Assembly (NCBI GenBank): GCA_963815095.1
Contig: CAWFFH010000003.1
Coordinates: 704,001-768,000, forward strand
Direction: 5' to 3'
DNA from: Candidatus Bathyarchaeota archaeon
GTDB taxonomy: Archaea; Thermoproteota; Bathyarchaeia; Bathyarchaeales; Bathycorpusculaceae
Length of the DNA stretch: 64,000 nt
How positions within the stretch are numbered: the first letter of the stretch is position 1; the number at the start of each line of letters is the position of its first letter. Below, in pieces: positions 60,202 through 64,000 of the stretch. Below the pieces are notes generated by a model that saw only the letters and a list, made by a program, of their open reading frames with translations, did not search any database and was not told where the DNA came from. The translations under genes were made by a program, and so were the position numbers.

Positions 60202-60312
60202 CTATTCAGATTGTTTTTGAGCGTTTTCCCTGGCTACCCAGACCTTGCAGGTTGGAGAGTGGTCACATAGTTCTTCGGGGATACCACGAGGGCATTCAAT
60301 TTTTTTCTGCAT
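60202..60312 (-). CDS. Putative 36-aa Cys-rich peptide upstream of trxA (not in ORF track)
   Basis: MQKKIECPRGIPEELCDHSPTCKVWVARENAQKQSE; AGGAAG upstream. Confidence 0.45.
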   Translation of the reverse strand: MQKKIECPRGIPEELCDHSPTCKVWVARENAQKQSE

Positions 60313-60357
60313 TGCTAAACTTCCTATGTTGTAATAATGTAACTCACATCCAAATAT

Positions 60358-60404
60358 ATCTTACGGTATTGTCAATACCAAACAATACCATTTATATGTA
60401 AGAT
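60358..60404. promoter_or_regulatory. Nested inverted repeats in the divergent trxA/regulator promoter
   Basis: GGTATTG-T-CAATACC (60365-60379), extra CAATACCA at 60383, outer ATCTTAC...GTAAGAT. Confidence 0.55.
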
Positions 60405-60420
60405 TTGATAAATAGTCTTT

Positions 60421-60798
60421 ATGGAAAGCATTAATCTACTGACAAAAAAGGGCGCCTCCTGTACTGACTTGCTTACATGTTTATATAACCTAAAACCCGC
60501 AGACCTTGAAACTCTCCTTGCAGTGGCAAAAAATGAGAACGCTACGCTTGACCAAATCGCAAAAATAGTGCGGAAGGATCGAAGCTCAGTGCACCGCTGT
60601 CTTTCTAAGCTTGTAAGCATAAATTTAGTAAACAAGCAGTCAAAATCCCTCAAAGGCGGCGGATACTACCACACTTACGCTATGCTTGACTCAGAAACAA
60701 TTAAGAAGCATGCACTCGAGCGAGTAAAAGAAATCACTGAAAGCCTTGAATCACTTGTAGACAGCTTCGAATTAGATCTTCAAAAACACTTAAAATAA
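60421..60798 (+). CDS. TrmB-like wHTH transcriptional regulator (COG3355-like) with N-terminal Cys pair
   Basis: CTDLLTCLYNL, TLDQIA..V.KDRSSVHR.L..L, GGYYHTY. Confidence 0.85.
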   Translation: MESINLLTKKGASCTDLLTCLYNLKPADLETLLAVAKNENATLDQIAKIVRKDRSSVHRCLSKLVSINLVNKQSKSLKGGGYYHTYAMLDSETIKKHALERVKEITESLESLVDSFELDLQKHLK

Positions 60799-60842
60799 GC
60801 AAAAAAGTCAAAAAAAAAGAACATGATGGCTACATTTGATGC

Positions 60843-61336
60843 CTAAAAATTCTTTTGGGAGCCAGCGTTGCGTTGACTATCCGTATCATCACTTAATGCT
60901 AGTAAAGCTTCCTTAGTATGCTTATTGAAATGAAGTTGTGAGACAAAAACGTGCTTAACGATGCCTTTCTTATCTATGACGAAGGTGACTCTTCCAGGAA
61001 CCCCGAGAGTTGGTGAAACGCCATATAAGTTTCTAACTTTGTTATCGGCATCACTCAATAATATATACGGCAGATTATGGTGATTGGCAAAGCTCTTATG
61101 CGATTCCACACTTTGGGCACTTATGCCAATTACTTCCGCATTCTTTTCTTTGAAGGTTTCATAGTTATCTCTGAACGTCTCTCTGCTTCTTTACAGCAAG
61201 TAGGTCCTTCATCCCTCGGATAGAAGAAAAGAACAACATTCTTTTTTCCTAAAAACTGTGACAAAATAGTATTCTCACCAGTGCTTGATTGAAGAGTAAA
61301 ATCTGGCGCTCTGTCTCCCAATTTGATTTTAACCAT
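60843..61336 (-). pseudogene. bcp: Peroxiredoxin Bcp/PrxQ, frameshifted
   Basis: GDRAPDF...VVLFFYP...C in 61130-61336 and ESH..FA....LP..LLSD...RVTFVID..G in 60843-61109. An extra AG in a GAGAGA run near 61180 breaks the frame. Confidence 0.85.
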
Positions 61337-61507
61337 ACTCTTACCTACTTAGTGCTCATATGAAAATTAATCGGTAATAAAAGAATTTGAGTGTCATTTG
61401 TCTTGCCTTTTAATTATCACTATCAGACTTCAGAACACAATTTGATTGCCTAAAATATCTGAATTATGATAAATGACTGAATTTTTTTATGATTTTGACC
61501 TCACTTT

Positions 61508-62098
61508 TTAGGTATGTGTTTTTGGTGATAATTTTGCAATTAACTCATAATGATATGGTCCTGCATCAGTCTGTTTTACAACAGTAAAGCCACTCTCTGA
61601 AAGAATCTGCTTAGCCTCATCTTCGGATAGTCGGCTTTCTAGTGGTGGCCCATGCTCTGTTTGAATCTTTTTCCAGTCTACATCAACGATATTTGCTGTG
61701 AGTTTAGATATGCGTTTGACTTCTTGAAAGAAAGCTTTCCTGTCGGATACTTCATGAAGAACGTTCGCAAAGAGGACGAGGTCGACAGATTCTTTAGGAA
61801 TTCCCGTGTTGCACACATCACTATCTACAATTCTGATGACTCTTGGATTCATTTTTGACTTAGCAATGTTTTCCTTCAAGGTGTTCAGCATATTCTGATT
61901 ACTGTCAACGGCATATACGAGACCTTTTTCGCCAGTTATCTGAGCCATTGGTATAGTAAAAAAGCCCGGTCCTGAGCCTAGGTCAGCCATAGTCATTCCT
62001 TCCGTTACCCCAGCGTATTTTAAGATGTTTTCTGGATTATGCCATTGCTTTCTTTCTTCGGACATTAAGAACTTTGCAAGATCACTATGATTTTCCAT
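61508..62098 (-). CDS. Class I SAM-dependent methyltransferase
   Basis: ADLGSGPGFF, VYAVD, ESVDLV....LHE, VDW....GPP. Confidence 0.9.
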   Translation of the reverse strand: MENHSDLAKFLMSEERKQWHNPENILKYAGVTEGMTMADLGSGPGFFTIPMAQITGEKGLVYAVDSNQNMLNTLKENIAKSKMNPRVIRIVDSDVCNTGIPKESVDLVLFANVLHEVSDRKAFFQEVKRISKLTANIVDVDWKKIQTEHGPPLESRLSEDEAKQILSESGFTVVKQTDAGPYHYELIAKLSPKTHT

Positions 62099-62213
62099 TG
62101 CTAACTCCTCTATTGTTTATGCGAAAATCAATCGAGTATTAATGTACACTGGTCGAAAAATTATTTAGCAAGGGAAATAAACAAGGACTGGTAGCACTAG
62201 ATCGGTTTTCAAT

Positions 62214-62594
62214 ATGCGATGTGACCGTTGTAGTTTAGAGCTCAATGAAGGCGAAGGTTATGATCTTCATGGAAAATACCTCTGTGAGGACTGTTATATG
62301 TTTGAAACTAATCCGCCTAAGGCCTGTGACCCCATGGCGGTGTCATCAGCCTTGTCTGTGCGAAAACAATTAGGTCCATCAGGCAACTCTGGCTTAACTG
62401 AATTTCAGCAAAAAATCTATGACACAATTGAGAAATACGGCAAAATTACAAAAGAAGATTTAATCAAGACCCTAAACGTCAAACCAGAACAGTTGGAGCA
62501 AGAGTTTGCTTTCTTTAGGCATTGCGAATTACTCCGTGCTTTCAGAGAAGACGGCAAAATTTATTTCACGAAGTGGGAAACAAAAAACGCTTGA
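62214..62594 (+). CDS. Zinc-finger plus wHTH hypothetical protein
   Basis: CDRC...LCEDCY...PKACDP; LTE.Q.KIY..I...G.IT..L; RHCELL. Confidence 0.75.
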   Translation: MRCDRCSLELNEGEGYDLHGKYLCEDCYMFETNPPKACDPMAVSSALSVRKQLGPSGNSGLTEFQQKIYDTIEKYGKITKEDLIKTLNVKPEQLEQEFAFFRHCELLRAFREDGKIYFTKWETKNA

Positions 62595-62656
62595 AGTTTT
62601 GACCCTTAGAAAAAAGAGCTTGCCACATTTTATCTAAACTGGAGTCAAAAGATGAT

Positions 62657-63016
62657 TCAAGGCGTTAACTGCAATTCTGAAACTCTTTTTTGCACTATGT
62701 CTGCCAACTCTTCTCTCAGAGTCTCTTCTGGAATTTTCTTGTCTAATTTGTCGATTGTTTGTGCGAGTTCCTTATCGCCGATTGTAGTTCTTAGCCATTT
62801 TGGGAAATCCCCACGGTCAAAGTGGAATTTGATTGATTGTTCATCGACACTTCCAAGGTCTCTTAAGAATGAACATAGAGACATTGCTGTTTCACCAGTA
62901 TAGTGGCCGTCCGGCATAAAGAAGTGGAAGCCCTGAGCATAGGGAACTTGACGGAGAATTTTCTGAGCGGCTTCCGCAGTTAAACTATTCCGAGTATTAA
63001 CCAAGATAACTACCAA
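62657..63016 (-). CDS. DUF5752-like protein
   Basis: ILR.VP...FHF...G.YTG..A.SL..F...SI.FH..RGDF.KW....GD.EL. Confidence 0.7.
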   Translation of the reverse strand: MVVILVNTRNSLTAEAAQKILRQVPYAQGFHFFMPDGHYTGETAMSLCSFLRDLGSVDEQSIKFHFDRGDFPKWLRTTIGDKELAQTIDKLDKKIPEETLREELADIVQKRVSELQLTP

Positions 63017-63086
63017 CAGATAATTATCAAAGCACCAAACTTAAAGTTGTTTTGGCTACAGCTTTCGCTAACGTAAAAAGGAAAAG

Positions 63087-63623
63087 TTAAAGCAGCTTAC
63101 CTATTCGCTTTGAGTCATCTTTAATGATTTGCAGCTGTTCGGCAGAAGGCTTTCCTCTAATATCACCTAGTCTACCTATTGTGCTATACTCAATTGAGCC
63201 GTGAAATTCGCTGAGAACGTACCATTCATCAATAATGTTAAAGCCTATGTGCTCAAAGTATTGTTGTATATCTTTGCCTACCGGAGTTGCCTCGTCGATT
63301 CCTGTATGTGGTCCAGAGTAAGTTATGAAAACCAGAGCGTTTTTACCTGGAACTTTAGGAGATGATGGCTTGATTTTACCAATTTGACGGTATTCAGCGA
63401 ATTTTTTCTTGAGGAAGTTTGTCATAGGTTCAGGAGGATGCCATGAGTACGATGGGCAACCTAGGCAAACTAAATCATAGTCAAAATAATCAAGCGCTTC
63501 TGCTTCTTCGGGCTTCTTAATGGTTACTTTGAGGCTAGCTTCTTCTAGCCCTTGTTTAATTGCGTTAGCGACTTTCTCGGTGTTACCAGTTTTAGACCAA
63601 TAGATTATCAGTGCAGTTTTCAT
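63087..63623 (-). CDS. Flavodoxin-family protein
   Basis: IYWSKTGNTEKVA, YDLVCLGCPSY. Confidence 0.88.
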   Translation of the reverse strand: MKTALIIYWSKTGNTEKVANAIKQGLEEASLKVTIKKPEEAEALDYFDYDLVCLGCPSYSWHPPEPMTNFLKKKFAEYRQIGKIKPSSPKVPGKNALVFITYSGPHTGIDEATPVGKDIQQYFEHIGFNIIDEWYVLSEFHGSIEYSTIGRLGDIRGKPSAEQLQIIKDDSKRIGKLL

Positions 63624-63640
63624 TTCTTGATTCCTGACTT

Positions 63641-64000
63641 TTACTCTGTTTTCCCTTCAAATTCAACCTTTACAGGGGTTGGTTCTTTAAAGATAAACAG
63701 CACAGGACAGTTTGCTTCCGTTCTTCTCCAAGCTGCTTCCACGAGTTCTTTTCGTGCTTTGGAAACTACATTGACTTTCATCGTTAATCCACTAATCATA
63801 GGCGAATCTGGAGATTTATCCGCTTCAACAGTTACTTCGGCTTTGCTTAGTACTATGTTGCTTTTTTTGCACACGTCAGCGAAAATGGTGACACCGCAAT
63901 CAGCTAAAGCCATCAGACTAAGCTCGAGTGCTGTGGCGCCGCTGTCTGTTCCGCCGGCTGGTGTAGCTAGGTCGCATACGACGCTATGTGTCCTTTGGTT
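63641..64000 (-). CDS. OsmC-family protein (5' end outside window)
   Basis: Frame continues upstream of the track ORF: ...VCDLA...GTDSGATALELSLMALADC...EANCPV. Confidence 0.85.
   Translation of the reverse strand, partial: NQRTHSVVCDLATPAGGTDSGATALELSLMALADCGVTIFADVCKKSNIVLSKAEVTVEADKSPDSPMISGLTMKVNVVSKARKELVEAAWRRTEANCPVLFIFKEPTPVKVEFEGKTE

Noticed and set aside
60843-61336. Selenocysteine or pyrrolysine readthrough to explain the split genes
   Set aside because: Both split genes (bcp and the 23665 gene) change reading frame; they are not in-frame stops.

Overview
Archaeal chromosome segment, most consistent with Bathyarchaeia. This is inferred from the gene content and order, F420 genes and many Kelch/PKD/PEGA surface proteins; it was not checked by search. 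1-23 kb is core genome: rpl44e-rps27e-nop10-PAC2, MCM/GINS, gdhA, RFC, EndoV, translin, TYW1/Trm5/Trm112, rpoP, nucleotide-sugar genes, guaA and Lrp. The aIF2-alpha slot holds only an ~18-codon remnant. 23-33 kb has an AT-rich surface-protein islet, cysE/cysK, tRNA-Leu(GAG) with repeat-flanked downstream genes, and an A/C-skewed non-coding tract. 33-46 kb is metabolic: HDAC, argS, two convergent deoxyhypusine-synthase paralogs, RLAN/ATP-grasp/GCS2 ligases, and cofE-metF-like-frhB-like. 47-64 kb is a metal/acid/redox-stress region: copA, YHS, ArsR, a P3A H+-ATPase, thioredoxin, frameshifted Bcp, flavodoxin and OsmC. The best candidate for a new system is a membrane-tethered wHTH regulator with a Met/Gly-rich outer loop, plus two secreted Gly-rich proteins whose promoters share a phased (TGTTTCA)x3-GC(G/C)AACTATCA motif. 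A membrane-anchored TIR protein lies between the two motif copies. All calls come from motif reading only; no CRISPR array, rRNA, transposase or integrase was recognised.
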